Below are positions 25,786 through 40,582 of a DNA stretch of 64,000 nucleotides, one piece after another. Location of the stretch: NCBI RefSeq assembly GCF_006345805.1, contig NC_043000.1, positions 156,426,001 to 156,490,000 of the forward strand. The letters run 5' to 3'. The DNA comes from Octopus sinensis (lineage: Eukaryota). The notes below the pieces were generated by a model, which saw nothing but the letters and a program-made list of their open reading frames with translations, was not told the origin of the DNA and made no database searches. The position numbers and the translations under genes are program-made. Within the stretch, counting starts at the first letter, position 1; every line of letters begins with the position of its first letter.

Positions 25786-26301
25786 AGAGAGTGAAATACA
25801 GAACTATTATATTCAGATTGAAACCACGGCCGCTGTTACAGAAACGATGGAAGCGGAGTAACTGAGTCGATGGATGATGTTTGCTATGGTGGGTGGGACT
25901 TGGTGAAATCGAGGCGGGACTGAGAGCCGATAGGTTTCTAGCAGTTAGAAATGATAAGGTTTAAGGGATGGGTGATTGATGGTGACAGAGATGTTGATGA
26001 AGTTAAATGCAGTGACAGAAACAGAGACGGCGAATTCTAAGTAAGGGCGAAACGAGTTAATGAAAGATATGAAAATGCTGTGTTGTTCGCGGGAGACGCC
26101 ATTGGCGCCGATTCAGTCATGAACGTAACGAACATATAGCCCGGATGTGGGGACGGGGAATCGTGAGAAATATGTCTGCTACAACATAACTAATAAATAA
26201 ATACGTCATCATGTGTGTGCACAGACATACACACATGCACATACAAGACTAACATTCATACATACACACACGTGTATATGTGTATGTATATATGTATATA
26301 C

Positions 26302-26332
<31 letters not shown>

Positions 26333-26356
26333 AATGTGTGAATATATATATATATA

Positions 26357-26402
<46 letters not shown>

Positions 26403-26613
26403 CACACGTATGTATAGATACATATATCATAGATATATATATAATAAGCGTACAAACATGCAATAGCATATATTTACGTATATGCAAATTCAAATACTCA
26501 CACACCACCACACACATATAAATATGTATATATATATAAGCTCTCACCATACAAACCCAATATGCAGAAATACATAGATACATACCAATATACATCCATA
26601 TATAATATATAAT

Positions 26614-26666
<53 letters not shown>

Positions 26667-26884
26667 TTGTGTATTTATGTATGCATGTATGATGCATAGA
26701 ATATATACATATACACACGTATATATATGTATATATATAATATATATTATATATATATAATAGTTATATATATATATAATATATATATATATATAATATA
26801 TTATATATATATATATATAATATATACCAATTAAGGACTGAACACGACTAATATCAATTTCTACCCTTAATTTTTATATATAAT

Positions 26885-26929
<45 letters not shown>

Positions 26930-26956
26930 ATATATAGATATATATATATATAATTA

Positions 26957-27001
<45 letters not shown>

Positions 27002-27030
27002 ATATATAAATATGTATATATATAATAAAT

Positions 27031-27075
<45 letters not shown>

Positions 27076-27466
27076 TTATATATGTATATATAAAAGAGTA
27101 AAGATATATACATACGTATGTATAGAGGAGCAACACAACTGCATTGATAACTACGACTGCTACATCGATCCATTTTGTCCATACCCCGCCCACCGCCACC
27201 GGTTTTCGCCTCTCTTGTCTCTCCCCGCGTACACATGTCCTTTCATCGGTGTGCAGAAAGCGGCACTAATGAAGATTTTACTCCACCTTACATATTACAG
27301 CAATGAAAATCTCGCTGGACGATGTCTCAGACAAACTCCAATTAATACACTGTCTGCATACTAATGCAGAGACTTAATCTAGCTCCGGCTGCACACGCAC
27401 TGGCACGCACGGAAGCATGCACACGCACTGACTCACACACACACACATGGCTCACAAATGTATTCG

Positions 27467-27512
<46 letters not shown>

Positions 27513-27748
27513 TTGCGCTCGCGCGCGTGTGTATGTGTATAAGTACAAATAGATAAATGATATATGTGTTTCTAAATACATACGCATATATGCATAACAC
27601 ACATACTTGCATCGATGCATATATATATACACACATAATCATTATATATATAAATATAAATATATATTATATATATAATATTACAATGCATACATATATA
27701 TGCATATATAACAACACACATCTATATATATATACACATATATATTAT

Positions 27749-27784
<36 letters not shown>

Positions 27785-28019
27785 CATACGTACATATATG
27801 TATATATATATATATGTATTGGGATATCTGTGTGTGGGTATAATTGTGAGTGTGTGTAATGTACATGCATATATGTACTTACAAATATATGCATATATAT
27901 AAAATTACACACACATATATATGCAATCATATAATATATAGATATATAAAGACAATAGACATATTTTATACACGCACATATACACTCTCTATCAATCTAT
28001 CAGTCTACCTGTGTGTTAT

Positions 28020-28093
<74 letters not shown>

Positions 28094-28320
28094 ATTCAAT
28101 CAATCAACTAGTCTGCCTGTCTGTTTGTATTTGAACGTGTTCTACACCTGCAAGCATGACTATGTGGTTAACAAATTGGCTTTGTAACCATGTGAGGTAA
28201 AGTTAGATTGTATTGGAATGAAATACTTCCTACAACTTCGGACAGATGATGACGTGTGCGTGAAGTTTGGCTGACGTAACCGAAGCGAACGCCTATCGTC
28301 TGCGGTATTCGTATGTATGC

Positions 28321-28354
<34 letters not shown>

Positions 28355-28534
28355 TATATATATATATATATCTATATAATATATTACTTATATATATCAT
28401 GTATACATACATACATATTATATATTATATATATATATATTATAATATATATATATATATAAATATATGCATGTATAAATATATGCAGGTCTGTATATTT
28501 TATATATAAATGACACATAGGTACGATACACACA

Positions 28535-28577
<43 letters not shown>

Positions 28578-29022
28578 ACACACACATTCATATTCGTCCA
28601 TATTCTTTCTTTTATTCTTTTATTCATTGTAAGTGTAGTACTTATTCTATCGGTTTTTTTGTGTGTTTACGGGACGTAAACACACATCAACATGGGTTGT
28701 TAAGCGAGGGTGGGGGCAATAAACACAGATACACAGACATATGTATTGATATATATATTATATATATATTATATATATATATATACGAGGGGCTCCTTTC
28801 AGTTTCCGTCTACCACATCCACTCACAAGGCTTTGGTCAGCCAGAGGCAATAGTAGAAGACCCATGCCCAAGTGCCACGCAGGGGGACAGAACCTGGAAC
28901 ATAGCCACGCCAATATTTATATATCTAATATAATTATTTGAATATATTGAATATAAATTATCGTGTTGTGGATATACATATATGTATTTTGTGTGCGCGT
29001 ATATATATATAGATATATATCT

Positions 29023-29061
<39 letters not shown>

Positions 29062-29106
29062 CTTCACACATTCACATATATATATGTGCATATATATATA
29101 TACATA

Positions 29107-29354
29107 GGCGTATGAGTGGTTGGTGCAGTAAGTAGATAACCAACCACATAGTTCCGGGTTCAGTCCCACTGCGTGGCACCTTGGCAAGTGTCTTCTACTA
29201 TAGCTCGGGCCGACCAAAGCCTTGTGAGTGGATTTGGTAGACGGAAAGTGAAAGAAATCCTTCGTATATATATGTATATATATGTATGTATGTATGTATG
29301 TATAATATATGTATACACACACACACACACACACACACACCCACAATATTTATA

Positions 29355-29396
<42 letters not shown>

Positions 29397-30064
29397 ATAT
29401 ATATCTATATATACGAAAGAAGGTTTGAAAATGCAATTTAAAAGATGTTTATTTACTTTACCGGTTTCAACTCTTTGAAAAAGATTGTCAAAAGTAACAT
29501 GTGGAAGTTTGGTTGCGTTAATTATTGGTTTGTTGCAAATTGCCACATTACATATATAATACAGTCTTTGGTAACAGGGACCATATACGGACATAAAAGT
29601 ACAACGTATGTTGAAAATATAAAGAGGTTTAACAAGCTCATTGAAAAAATGGCAGAAAAGATTAAAACAAATATATTATACATCTCAGGGTAATTTCCAG
29701 GAGGAATTATTAAAAAAGTTCAGTACAGAATATTAATGAATTCAAAAAGATTTACATTAATGTAGTGCTGAGGTTGTTACTGACCTCTCCGTTTTAGCAG
29801 AAATGTGGAATTGAAAGGATGTACCCCCGTTTTTTCCTTAAATATATATATATTGTATGTGTGTGTGTGTGTTTGTGTATCTGTGTTTCCCCCCTATAAT
29901 GCTTGACAACCGATGCTGGTGTGTTTACGTCCCCGGCACTTAGCGGTTCGGCAATACGACCGATAGAATAATGCTAGGCTTACAAAGAATAAGTCCTGCT
30001 CGATTTGCTCACTAAAGGCGGGTGCTCCAGCATGGCACAGTCAAATGACTGAAATAAGTAAAAG

Positions 30065-30065
<1 letters not shown>
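29107..30065 (+). mobile_element. SINE family A split into 5' (29107-29270) and 3' (~29870-30065) halves by an expanded microsatellite and an insert
   Basis: Head ..gttccgggttcagtcccactgcgtggcacc.. and tail ..gcttgacaaccgatgctgg..ggtgctccagcatgg..gactgaaa. Confidence 0.75.
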
Positions 30066-30099
<34 letters not shown>

Positions 30100-30368
30100 A
30101 TATATATTATGTATATATATTACACACACACACACAGGCACATACGCTTACGCACAGTTATGCACATACACACATAGACTGTATATTTTGTTACTTTCCT
30201 GATTACTACAGAAGTTCTTCTGTTCCAAATCTCAGACTTTCTCAGTTTCTAACGGAAATCTTATGAACTGAAACAAAAGAACTTCTGTAAAAACTCAGAA
30301 AATAATCAGATTGTATACATAATTATATATAGTGCGTGTAGTATATATATATTGATATGGTCTATATA

Positions 30369-30407
<39 letters not shown>

Positions 30408-30410
<3 letters not shown>

Positions 30411-31650
30411 GGTAGATTGGCTTGATTTAATTTAATCAGGTTAGTTTACCTTAAAAGTAGACAAACGGTGCATCGTATAAGGATTTCAGGGTAAATGTTT
30501 TTTTAATTTTCTCCTGGTTTACAGAATTAATGTTATTTGCGGTTGAAGCTTTTTGGCTGTTATTTCTAGTGGGTAATGCTATTATGCCGTTCCTGATTGT
30601 GATATGAACTTAAAAATGGTTTATGACTTTTAATTTTTTCCCACAGGCCGCGGAGGCAAAAGAATTCTACAAAATTTTTTTGCCTCCTATATTGATAATT
30701 ATGAATTTTCTGTTAGTTTCCGTAATGGAATCGGCGGCTTATATTATTTGCTGCCGTAAATTTGGCGCGAGTGCGACGATTTGAAAATTTTAGGTCATAT
30801 ATTGGCGGGATGACGTGAATGCCTCGTGAAAAATATCTGTTCCGATTTGGCTATTCCTTACTGATGAATCTAATCCTATGGTAGATTGGCTTGATTTAAT
30901 TTAATCAGGTTATTTTACCATAAACAGTATACGAAACGGTGCATCGTATAAGGAATTTCAGGGTAAATGTTTTTTTAATTTTCTCCTGGTTTACAGAATT
31001 ATGTTATTTTGGCGGTTGAAGCTTTTTGGCTGTTATTTCGAGTGGGTGAAGGCCTATTATGGCCGTTCCTTGATTGTGATATTGAACTTAAAAATGGTTA
31101 TGACTATTTAATTTTTCCCACTAGTCCGCTGGAGGCAAAAGAATTCTACAAATTTGTTTTGCCTCCCTATATTGATTAATTATGAATTTTCTTGTTAGTT
31201 CCGTAATGGAATCGGCGGCTTATATTATTTGCTGCCGATAAATTTGGCGCGATGCGACGATTTGAAATTTTAGGTCAAATGGCGAGGCATGGGACGTGAA
31301 TGCCTCGTGAAAAATATCTGTTCCGATTTGGCTATTCCTTACTGATAATCTAGGGCTATGGTAGATTGGCTTGATTTAATTTAACAGGTTAGTTTACCAT
31401 TAAACAGTAGACAAACGGTGCATCGTATAAGGAATTTCAGGTAAATTTTTTTTTAATTTTCTCCTGGTTTACAGAATTAATGTTATTTTGCGGTTGAAGC
31501 TTTTTGGCTGTTATTTCTAGTGGGTGAATGGCCTATTATGGCCGTTCCTTGATTGTGATATTGACTTAAAAATGGTTATGACTATTAATTTTTTCCATAG
31601 GCCGCTGGAGGCAAAGAATTCTACAAAATTTTTTGCCTCCCTATAATTGA
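30408..31650 (+). repeat. Tandem array of ~470-480-bp units (~2.6 copies), each with a hammerhead ribozyme motif
   Basis: tatggtagattggcttgatttaa recurs at 30408, 30877 and 31357. Flanked by (TA)n. Confidence 0.93.
30854..30955 (+). ncRNA. Type I hammerhead ribozyme (best-preserved copy in the array)
   Basis: Stem I ttcctta/taaggaa; CTGATGA 30861-67; long stem II hairpin (tatggtag..cttgatt/aatcagg..ttaccata); GAAA 30933-36; palindromic stem III acggtgcatcgt; GTA cleavage triplet ending at 30948. Confidence 0.8.
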
Positions 31651-31659
31651 TTAATTATG

Positions 31660-31700
<41 letters not shown>

Positions 31701-32046
31701 GTGTGTGTGTGTGTGCATGCTTGCGTGTGTGTGTGTGTATGTTTGGTGCTGTATGAAGACACGTGTTCTTGCGGTAAGGTTTTTGGGGTCACGATCATAA
31801 GGTCGTGCGTTCAATCCCCGAACCACGCGGCCCCTTCTCGCGTATCATGCCTAGGCTTTTTCATTTCACTGTGCTTCAGTTTATTGAGGGGAAAATGCGT
31901 ACCAACTGATTTGTAGTATAATCATCTTTACCCCGTGCTATCGCATCCTCGAAGCCCCTTGAAACATAACATACCCCACATACACACACACTCTCTCTCT
32001 CTTTCACACATACACACATACACACACACAGACACACAGACACACA

Positions 32047-32112
<66 letters not shown>

Positions 32113-32119
32113 CACATAT

Positions 32120-32287
32120 ATACGACGGGATTCTTTCAGTTTCCGTCTACCAAATCCATTCACAAGGCATTGGTCGGCCCGAGGCTATAGTAGAAGACAC
32201 TTGCCCAAGGTGCCACGCAGTGGGACTGAACCCAGAACCATGTGGTTGGTAAACAAGCTACTTACCACACAGCCTCTCCTGCGCCTA
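32120..32287 (-). mobile_element. SINE family A, 5' part
   Basis: tacgacgggattctttcagtttccgtctacc...cacagcctctcctgcgcct. Confidence 0.85.
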
Positions 32288-32588
32288 TGTGCGTGTGTGT
32301 GTGTATGCATGATTGTTAAAGAGGACAACAAACGTTAAGGCATGGCCAACATCTCAAGTCATATGTATTGCAAAAATGTATTTTCCAATAATAATAATAA
32401 TGTATTATGACTTGAGATGTTTGCCTTGCCTTAAAGTTTGTTGCCCTCTTTAACAAATATATATCCGCTATATCGGAAATCTGCAATGGCCCCATAACTA
32501 CCGCCTCGACTATAACCTTGGAGCCCTATTAATCCGTTACAACACTTACCAAGCGTACCTAGAGGTTTAGTTCACCTGTAAACTAAAC

Positions 32589-32622
<34 letters not shown>

Positions 32623-33061
32623 ACATCGCTTTAAATTCTATGGGCACAGACTACATCTATATCATTATTTGTTCGTAGTTAGAGTGAAGAGAATTAAAAT
32701 GGCTTTTAATTGAGATATATCTTGCGCTCTTTTAGTGAATCTCCCTCTCTTTTTCCCTTCTCCCTTCTCCATCTCTCTCTCCCTTCTCCCTTCTGCCTCT
32801 CTCTCCCTCCTCCATTCTGCCTCTCTCTCCTCTCTGTATACATGTATTTATATATTTTATACAAATAAACAATTAATAGAAAAAGAAACGAGAAAACGAA
32901 CGTGAGGATGTGCATAACGAATGTATTAGCTTGACGCTCGGTGGGTAGAGTGAGTTTGACGTTTCGAGCATAGCTCTTCGTCGGAAAAGAGAAAGGAAAA
33001 ATTCCAAAGATGGAGAAGAAATTGCCACTGGCACACGTGTAGTTACATTGCTGAAGTTATA

Positions 33062-33613
33062 TTGGGTTGTTCGGAAAGTTCGTGCCGATTTTTGAAGGAA
33101 AGAAAAAGGTCAATAAATACTTGCCATTACATCTTTAATCAACCAAAAATGAACCATTTTGTTGCACAATGCGTCTCCATCTTTCCTTTAACTTGAAAAT
33201 GCCCTCTTCCCAGAAATGAGGTGGTTTCATGGCAAAGAATTCATCAAGGTATCTTTTTACGTCATCCAAGGAATTGAAATTTTTACTATTAAGACTATTC
33301 TGCAGAGACCTGAATAAGTGAAAATCCGAAGGAGCAATATCTGGTGAATATGGAGGATGGGAATAACACATCTCAGCCGAGCTGCAGCAATTTTTGTCTG
33401 GTTCCCAAAGCATCACGTGCCAAAAATGAATGTTCTTATCTTCCATTTTAAAGAGTTACAGAATTAACATAAACCTTCTTCCACGTAAAGATAGCTTAAA
33501 CTATGCTCTAAATGGAGATGTAGTCAAATCCTATTTTCTGGACTCAACCGTGTTATAAAATAAGTCGAAAGCTAAGCTACTATAAATCGGCACGAACTTT
33601 CCGGACAACCCAA
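33062..33613 (-). mobile_element. Internally deleted mariner element
   Basis: TIRs ttgggttgttcggaaagttcgtgccgattt / aaatcggcacgaactttccggacaacccaa. ORF 33135-33446 fuses the N-terminus MEDKNIHF to HPPYSPDIAPSDFHLFRSLQN..WRRIVQQNGSF. Confidence 0.92.
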
Positions 33614-34402
33614 TGTATATTTCTATATATATAAAAGTTTACATTTTAAATGTTATTCATGTATGTTTATACACACACTCATATACATACACACATACAT
33701 ATATAACTTTATGAGTATTCTTAAGAATCAAGGGACATCAACCCATAGGACGCCAGAAATGGTTAGCTATGATAATGTAGAGCTCACAGTAAAAAAAATA
33801 AAAAAACAAAAAACATTGAATATATCAAGTGTCGGTTGGCTACCGTAGATATACAAGTACCAGGTCCAATTTAAAACTATAGATCCGAATCAGGGCTAGG
33901 TCTTTTGTGTTGCATACATATAAAAAGTAAAGACAAATTATGTTTAAAATTTACGACAGTTGTTTCTGTAGAAGATCATTTAATGCAGTCATAAAAGATA
34001 ACATCATAATATATTATCCACCATCATCAAATAAAATTTTTAATAGATAAAATTTTAAGCATCGACCCAGACATAGCCAACATTAGCTGGGCTAGCTGAG
34101 CCTAAGTTTTAACATTCGAATAAATAGGAGATTTAGAAGGTGTGGCTCAAAACGGGCGAATAAGACACAAAGAGATCATATAAATATACGATTTAAATTG
34201 ACTTATCTAAAATATTTTGTAGTTTAAGAATGACACCATGTCATCTGAGAAATCAATAGACATAGCTGTACTAGTTGTAACCGAAACCTTGGTAGATTTA
34301 TTCTTAGTTAAAGGAGATATGTCAAGGAGTTCACCCAACACCGACATGAAACATCTAACAATCATCAACCTTCAATCCTTCATATCCGTACATTCGCACA
34401 GT

Positions 34403-34785
34403 GGAGGCGCAATGGTCCAGTGGTTAGGGCAGCGGACTCGCGGTCCTAGGATCGCGGTTTCGATTCCCAGACCGGGCGTTGTGAGTGTTTATTGAGCGAA
34501 AACACCAAAAAGCTCCACGAGGCTCCGGCAGGGGATGGTGGTGATCCCTGCTGTACTCTTTCACCACAACTTTCTCTCACTCTTACTTCCTGTTTCTGTT
34601 GTACCTGTATTTCAAGGGGCCGGCCTTGTCACTCTCTGTGTCACGCTGAATATCCCCGTAAACTACGTTAAGGGCGCACGTGTCTGTGGAGTGCTCAGCC
34701 ACTTACACGTTAATTTCACGAGCAGGCTGTTCCGTTGATTCGGATCAACCGGAACCCTCGTCGTCGTAACCGACGGAGTGCTTCC
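34403..34785 (+). mobile_element. tRNA-derived SINE family D, full length with TSD
   Basis: ggaggcgcaatggtccagtggttagggcagcgg..ggtttcgattcccagacc..cgacggagtgcttcc. TSD tacattc(g/t)caca. Near-identical to 50388-50773 and 62342-62725. Confidence 0.92.
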
Positions 34786-34889
34786 TACATTCTCACAATA
34801 TATACAAATAATAATAATAATAATAATAATAATATAATAATAATATTAATAAATAAATACATACATACATACATACATACATACATACA

Positions 34890-34923
<34 letters not shown>

Positions 34924-36449
34924 CATGCAAAAATAAACCCTGTTGATGTTGAAATTCCAATGAATGAGTCTTGGATCTAGGTTAGAAACCAGCTCTTTCT
35001 CTGTAGGCATGAAATCTTGAAATAAAACTAAATAATGACATACAAACATACATGTATATAATATACATACATGCACATATATATTCACACATACGTCATG
35101 CATACATATGTACATACATACACACGCACACACATACACACATGCACATATATACTTCTTTGGCTTCTACACCTGACCACCAAGACATAAAAGGTTGTTA
35201 GTTCTATACGGGGCCTACCTGTATAGTTAACGATATATTTATGCAGACTTTACTGCCAGAATTTTGACAGCAGATTTTCATGTCATAACCCACATGGTGG
35301 CCGTTATTACACATTTATGACTCGATTACATTTGCCTGAGTTTATTTCCGCACTTTGTTGTGATATGCACATTGCGCTCATAATTAATCGTTTAAATTTG
35401 TGGAGAATTCTATATACGTTTGTATCGTTTATCAATATTTTTCTATCTGGCTTTCGTTTTTTGATATGCGTTCTAGTGCATTACAGCTGCTCTTTGTAAA
35501 TGCAGAGTAAATTTACGAGAAGGTATATTCTTCGTGTAGCGGACTTTTCCACAAGCACGAGTTTTCTTAACGACCCCTAAGTAGATTCAGTATAGCATAT
35601 CATGTGATAAAGTTAGAATTTTTACTTACCCGTACAAACAATCCAACAGGTTTTCAAACAATTTCTGTCTATCCATTTCCACTCACGAGAATTGGGTCAA
35701 TCCAAGACTATAATAAAAGTCTCTTGTACATAATGCTATATTGTGGGATCAAATTAGGGACCTTGTGATTGCGAAGCGAACTTCTTTCCTCCTCGATTAT
35801 ACTGCATTTATTCTCAGTTAAAAAGTACTGATTGCACATGCCAGATGTGAGATCACTCTACTTTGCGACTGACCGATTTTTCGAAGTTTTAGATATTGTA
35901 CATATGTCTTCAAGAGGAGCGAGAAAGCAACCAGTTAGCAACAGCTGTGCAGTTTTGCTCAGTTTATCAAAATGACCAACAACTAATTGAATTATAAGCG
36001 GGGTCTTCTTCAGATAAAGGCAATCATTGGCTGTTTTATTCAAAAGAGCCTACTATAAACGAAGATGGAGAAAAATGAGAAATAAAGAAAAAGGAATCCC
36101 GAAACACAAGTCAGCTGATAGGTTAGCAGCAAGCTCCTTGCAGTGTCTGAGCATAAAATGCGTCAGTAACCAAGCCACAATGGTTTCACCCAGCCTCCTA
36201 GACACAACAGTAAATTTATCTCAAATCACATTATCGCCTTAGAATAAGAAGGGCGCATTGCAAAATTGTTTTCTAGATATGCAAAAATACATGATGGCCA
36301 AGGCTGGAATGCTTTTCCATGATAAACGGATTCCTGAGGTTAATCAACAACAATACCCAAATAATTCTTAAAAAGCGGATGCAGACAAACAAATTCTAAC
36401 ACACAATTTTGGACTTTCAAACTAATAGCGAAAGTGAAAGTACCTAAGT

Positions 36450-36549
36450 NNNNNNNNNNNNNNNNNNNNNNNNNNNNNNNNNNNNNNNNNNNNNNNNNNN
36501 NNNNNNNNNNNNNNNNNNNNNNNNNNNNNNNNNNNNNNNNNNNNNNNNN
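36450..36549. other. Assembly gap (100 N)
   Basis: Run of N. Confidence 1.
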
Positions 36550-36617
36550 AGAATTACACTCGGTACTCAACGAACGTTCTAAACACTCTAGGGATTCTGC
36601 CATCCACCGATTCTGCC

Positions 36618-36658
<41 letters not shown>

Positions 36659-36749
36659 TTTGTAATAATGATAATAATAATAATAATAAAATAATAATAA
36701 TGAATAATAATGATAATAATAATAATAATTTTTAATAATAATAATAATG

Positions 36750-36782
<33 letters not shown>

Positions 36783-36783
<1 letters not shown>

Positions 36784-37340
36784 TGCCCTGATGCCAGTAC
36801 CAGGCAGTGGCTCTCATGGCTTCTATATTAACTGATTGGAAGTGTTATCATGTACATTGTTTTGTCTTGGTATAAAAAGATGGGCTACAGCAAATATTCT
36901 GCTCAATACCACAGATTTGCTTGTCAGTTGTTTAACCTTAACCAGTTGAGCATGTCCCTTAGTGGCTGATGATATGTGCATCTCTGATCACGAGCAGAAA
37001 AGTAGGGGGAGCATCATAGCCATGTGTTGAGAGGGATTCTTTGGGGTTTGAATAATTCACCTCTGGAAACATGGGTGGTTCTTTCAACATCCTTAAACAA
37101 CCCTTATTCAGGGACCTTTTGAGCGGGATGGGCTACTCAACCTGAAGAAATTTTTAACTGGGCCCCACCTGCAAGGTCATGTACTGTTTATCTTGATATG
37201 AGATCACCATGTCGCGCACATATGGTTGTGATGCATGTGCCTAGTGTACCCTTATCAGACGGGTAGTCATGATGGGTATATTGGGCTTCGTATATTTTAC
37301 CCCAGTGTCACTTTGATGGCATGCTCTGCTCGCTCACTCA

Positions 37341-37341
<1 letters not shown>
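36783..37341 (+). mobile_element. Non-coding repeat embedded between (AAT)n tracts, probably a Dong/R4 3' UTR
   Basis: Bounded on both sides by long (AAT)n and adjacent to an R4/Dong RLE fragment. The UTR assignment is inference. Confidence 0.5.
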
Positions 37342-37388
<47 letters not shown>

Positions 37389-37415
37389 GTAATAATAATA
37401 GTAATAATAATAATA

Positions 37416-37446
<31 letters not shown>

Positions 37447-37469
37447 TGATGATAATAACAACAACAACA

Positions 37470-37805
37470 AACTACATAAAATACAGAATAGACAACACAT
37501 CAGAAAGTGATAAGTGCGGAATCTGTGGACAAAATGGTGAAATCGCATGGCATATTACTAGCCAATGTACGCTACTAACCCAGAAGGAATCTAAGAGACC
37601 CCACGACAATGTAGCAAGGCTTGTCCATTGGACACTCTGCAACAAGAATGGACTTGACAGCAAAAATTGGCACAACCACAAACCCGAAGGCATCATCGAA
37701 AAGGATAATGCAAAGATCCTGTGGGATTTTATGATTCAGTGCGACCATGAGATAGAGACTAGGAAGCCAGACATACTCTTAATTGAGAAAGAAAGCAAAC
37801 TATAA
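37470..37805 (+). mobile_element. R4/Dong-clade LINE fragment: CCHC zinc knuckle + restriction-like endonuclease start
   Basis: KCGICGQNGEIAWHITSQC..HDNVARLVHWTLC..KILWDFMIQCDHEIETRKPDILLIEK. Confidence 0.88.
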
Positions 37806-37977
37806 ACTTTGAAGGTATCAGCACTTCAAATATGCTGGAGATAGGTCGTTTTTGGCCTTGCTCCCTTAATATAATTATATGCATATGTATATTATTATTA
37901 ATTTAATGTAAATTGCTTATAAATTGTTATAGCATGGTGGTTACCTGATAAAAATTATTGACGTGATTTTTATTCTT

Positions 37978-38057
<80 letters not shown>

Positions 38058-38349
38058 TATTATATATATATTTATAATATAATATATATATTTATAATAT
38101 ATATAGATATATATTATATATATATATATATATTTATTATATATATATATATATTTATATTAATATATATATTATTTATATATATAATATATATATTTAT
38201 TATATATATATATATATATTTATATTATATATTATATTTGAGTAGTTGAATGAATTATCTTGTTATGGATAATTTTATCACTATGGGCTCCGTGTGAGCA
38301 GTCATCTAAAAGTTTTTTGTGCATCTTGATGTTGACATAAGTTCCTTGC

Positions 38350-38431
38350 TTTTCCTGATGAGAAAGCGGCATAATATACTCCTTATTCCTTCCAATTAGG
38401 AATATGCAGCGTTCGGAACATATGTCGAAAA
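38350..38431 (+). ncRNA. Mutated type I hammerhead ribozyme (Penelope-type)
   Basis: ttttc-CTGATGA-[gaaagcggcata...tatgcagcgttc]-GGAA-c-atat-GTC-gaaaa. GAAA core is mutated to GGAA. Confidence 0.65.
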
Positions 38432-38479
38432 TAAAGGAATTTTGTTAATTCGTCGTTCAACTCCATTCTTTCATATATT

Positions 38480-39165
<686 letters not shown>

Positions 39166-40184
39166 ACACATGTACACATACACCTCGCGACTCATGTACG
39201 CATACATATTTGTGTTTAATCAGGAAATTTTTATTCATTTACGCCTTGTAATTTGTCAACTACGTAGATAAGTACGCCCAGTGTTAAGTACATAATGTAA
39301 GAGATACAATACAGATGGTTCAACGAGTAAAATTTGAGAGAGAAAAACTTTTGTGGTATTTTTGCCTGTTACCATACACCAGCGCACAGTTCCACCACCA
39401 CCACTGGCGCATACGATATACCTGAATCCCATCTCTACTACATTTTCCGTTGCTGTTTCATATGACCTTTTTTTTTCTGATCAGCTCTACTTCCCGTTTC
39501 CGCCCTGATTAAAAAGAGAAAAAAAAAGCCTTGTAATGAAACCATACAGACAACTGTTTACATCTTGTTTTTTTTTTACTTTTCAACCAGGACAAGAGTT
39601 GGGTTGGCTTGTGCAAAGGCAGCGACAACGTTGCGAGTTTCAAATTCTTTAAAACTGTTTCCTGGTGTATATTTGCAGTCGACACAACGCGTTATCAGTT
39701 TCCCTCATACACAAGCTGCTTCATAAACGACGGTTTAAACGATAAATACTGATCTAAATTCCCTTACGGAATTTAGTTAACTGTATATGATTTCAAATCG
39801 AATGAGAAGCGACTTAAACAGCCCATCCTTAGATCAATATTCACACTTTCAAACTCCACTGAAATCCATATGGTTCACACAAAACCGTCGCTTTTCCAGC
39901 ATAAGTATCGAAAATATAAATATCAGTAGAGCAAATGTTTTTCAATAAACTAAACAAAGTACGCCCCCTTCTTTTCTTGCTGTCAGTCACTCCATTATGG
40001 CCTTACTGGTGTGCCACTTTGAAGTAGGATATATACTATGTATAGTATATATATCGTCACCAGCTCTTATTTTATTGATCTCAGTAGGAGGGAAAAGGCG
40101 AAATCGATCAGGAGTAGCGTATTAGACATTTCAATATTGTCATGATTGGCTTATGCTTTCTTGATGTACAAATGTATAGTCTAA

Positions 40185-40582
40185 CTAGCAGTATCGCTCG
40201 GCGTTGCTCGGGTTTGTAAGGGAAATAACTATATAAGCATTTTTAGAGAGTTATAGCCAAAAAATAGCAAAAAAATGCATTAAAAATGGAAAACAAATGA
40301 TGGTAAATTTTTTAAAAATTGTTGACTCATCGTAGACATTTTTAGAGAGTTACTTCCCTTATATAATAGCGAAAAAATGCATTAAAATGGAAAACAAATG
40401 ATGGTAAATTTTTTTTAAAATCGTAGACTCATCGTAGACGCGCGCTAATACCCAGAAGGGGTCGATATGAATCACGACTATAAGATACCCGGTTTTAGTT
40501 AAACTGCACCGCAAAATGTTGGAGTAGTTAGGAATCTAAATCGTAGGAGACAGACATACAATTTGACTTTTATATATAAAGA
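40185..40582 (-). mobile_element. Non-autonomous Helitron, complete
   Basis: Minus strand a|TCtttatatataaaagtc ... cccgagcaacgccgagcg (subterminal hairpin) atactgCTAG|t, inserted in an AT site. Internal ~110-bp direct repeat. Confidence 0.8.

Noticed and set aside
34403-34480. tRNA genes at SINE heads (also 16396, 46616, 55545, 62342)
   Set aside because: A/B boxes are present but run into SINE bodies repeated across the window, with no proper acceptor stem.
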